IMG/VR virus record: IMGVR_UViG_2914543266_000001
Location: 6,559 to 70,558 of that record
DNA: 64,000 nucleotides
Origin: a virus
Reading direction: 5' to 3' (one strand)
The notes under the pieces are model-generated. The model was not told the DNA's origin, ran no database searches, and saw only the letters and a list, made by a program, of their open reading frames with translations. Of this stretch, positions 63,360 to 64,000 are shown in pieces. Each line of letters begins with the position of its first letter. The stretch's first letter is position 1. Both the position numbers and the translations under genes were made by a program.

Positions 63360-63392
63360 GACCTTTCACGAGTTTTCACGAGGCTTTCATGA
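63354..63392. promoter_or_regulatory. Four helically phased TTTCAYGA direct repeats
   Basis: Starts at 63354, 63364, 63374, 63385 (10/10/11 bp spacing), overlapping the operon start codon. Confidence 0.75.
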
Positions 63393-63497
63393 GACTAGTT
63401 ATAGCCCATAAAGTATTCCATTTGCAACCCAAGTGGAATCTACTCCGGGTGGTTAGGATAGAATTACGGTCGTACCGTATGATTTTGGAGTCCCTGA

Positions 63498-63845
63498 ATG
63501 GCCGAACTTATGCCTCCTGCTAGCAACGCCGACAACCTAGAGAAGCGTTCCGTAGCATTGCCGCCCGCGCTGTGGCAAGCCTGCGAAGAATTTGCCGCAG
63601 CCAATGGGGAGAAATTATCGGAGGTCTATCGGCGAGTCGTAACGCTGGGGGTATCGGCTGAACGAGAGCGGCGCACGGCTGACCTGAGCTATGAGAATAA
63701 ATATCTGGTCAATGAACGACTCAAGGCAAAGCGAGGCGGGGCAGTTGAGGCAATACGAAAGCTTGAGGTGTCCCTCAATGAAGCAACCTCGATCGGAGAG
63801 CTGCAAGCTGCGATCGCAGCGCTCAGGCTTTGGCTGAGCGAATAA
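63498..63845 (+). CDS. Ribbon-helix-helix (CopG-like) regulator
   Basis: KRSVALPPALWQACEEFAAANGEKLSEVYRRVV; divergent from the ATPase operon. Confidence 0.7.
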   Translation: MAELMPPASNADNLEKRSVALPPALWQACEEFAAANGEKLSEVYRRVVTLGVSAERERRTADLSYENKYLVNERLKAKRGGAVEAIRKLEVSLNEATSIGELQAAIAALRLWLSE

Positions 63846-63899
63846 CGCCACCCCATACCGCGATCGATACAATAGGAACATCGCCTAGGTGTTCCGCTC

Positions 63900-64000
63900 A
63901 TGACCTCGATCGCTGGCATCATTCGCACACGGCAGCAGACCTACCTTAAGAAATCGACGGCTAACTCTAGCGACCTCGGCGACAATGCAAAGGTGCTGCT
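63900..64000 (+). CDS. Partial ORF, possible cell-wall hydrolase/peptidase N-terminus
   Basis: QTYLKKSTANSSDLGDNAKV resembles the T.LK....SS.L repeat of cyanobacterial peptidases/amidases; TACAAT -10 upstream. Confidence 0.5.
   Translation, partial: MTSIAGIIRTRQQTYLKKSTANSSDLGDNAKVL

Larger units (their letters stand above)
1..64000. mobile_element. Temperate cyanophage / prophage region (both ends extend beyond the window)
   Basis: Terminase, portal, capsid, tail tube, tape measure, replication and repressor genes fill the window; dense HIP1 (GCGATCGC) sites point to a cyanobacterial host; no host housekeeping genes seen. Confidence 0.95.

Noticed and set aside
1-64000. GCGATCGC as a novel repeat
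   Set aside because: It is the well-known cyanobacterial HIP1 octamer
1-64000. tRNA/tmRNA genes, integrase and att sites
   Set aside because: No cloverleaf or tyrosine/serine recombinase motif recognised by eye; a tRNAscan-SE/HMM run would be needed to exclude them fully

Overview
The whole 64 kb window is a temperate cyanobacterial phage or prophage, with dense GCGATCGC HIP1 sites and a moderately high GC content. It looks siphovirus-like with a Mu-like head. Left to right: replication/recombination genes (split Toprim primase + D5/P4-type helicase, RecD/Dda-like helicase, nuclease); a Cro/CI-like switch; a ParB-like gene + SPL-family radical SAM enzyme + three small basic proteins sharing an N-terminal motif; terminase and portal; thyX and nucleotide-metabolism genes; tail tube, frameshifted chaperone and tape measure; a cassette of three strong promoters driving tiny genes; two separate tail-fibre clusters; MuF, protease and capsid genes; and a divergent membrane/FtsK-TraB-like ATPase operon. 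No integrase, att site, reverse transcriptase, CRISPR array or tRNA was seen. Four candidates for undescribed systems: (1) the radical SAM + shared-leader basic peptide locus beside the terminase; (2) five dispersed 133-134 bp palindromes built like an inverted repeat inside the helicase gene, with centres in two inverted orientations, plus an antirepressor fused to a second copy of the helicase winged-helix domain; (3) a TraB-like DNA translocase operon with its own cis repeat arrays; (4) a triplicated promoter/operator cassette driving small acidic proteins and a likely small RNA. Family assignments come from motif recognition by eye, not database searches.
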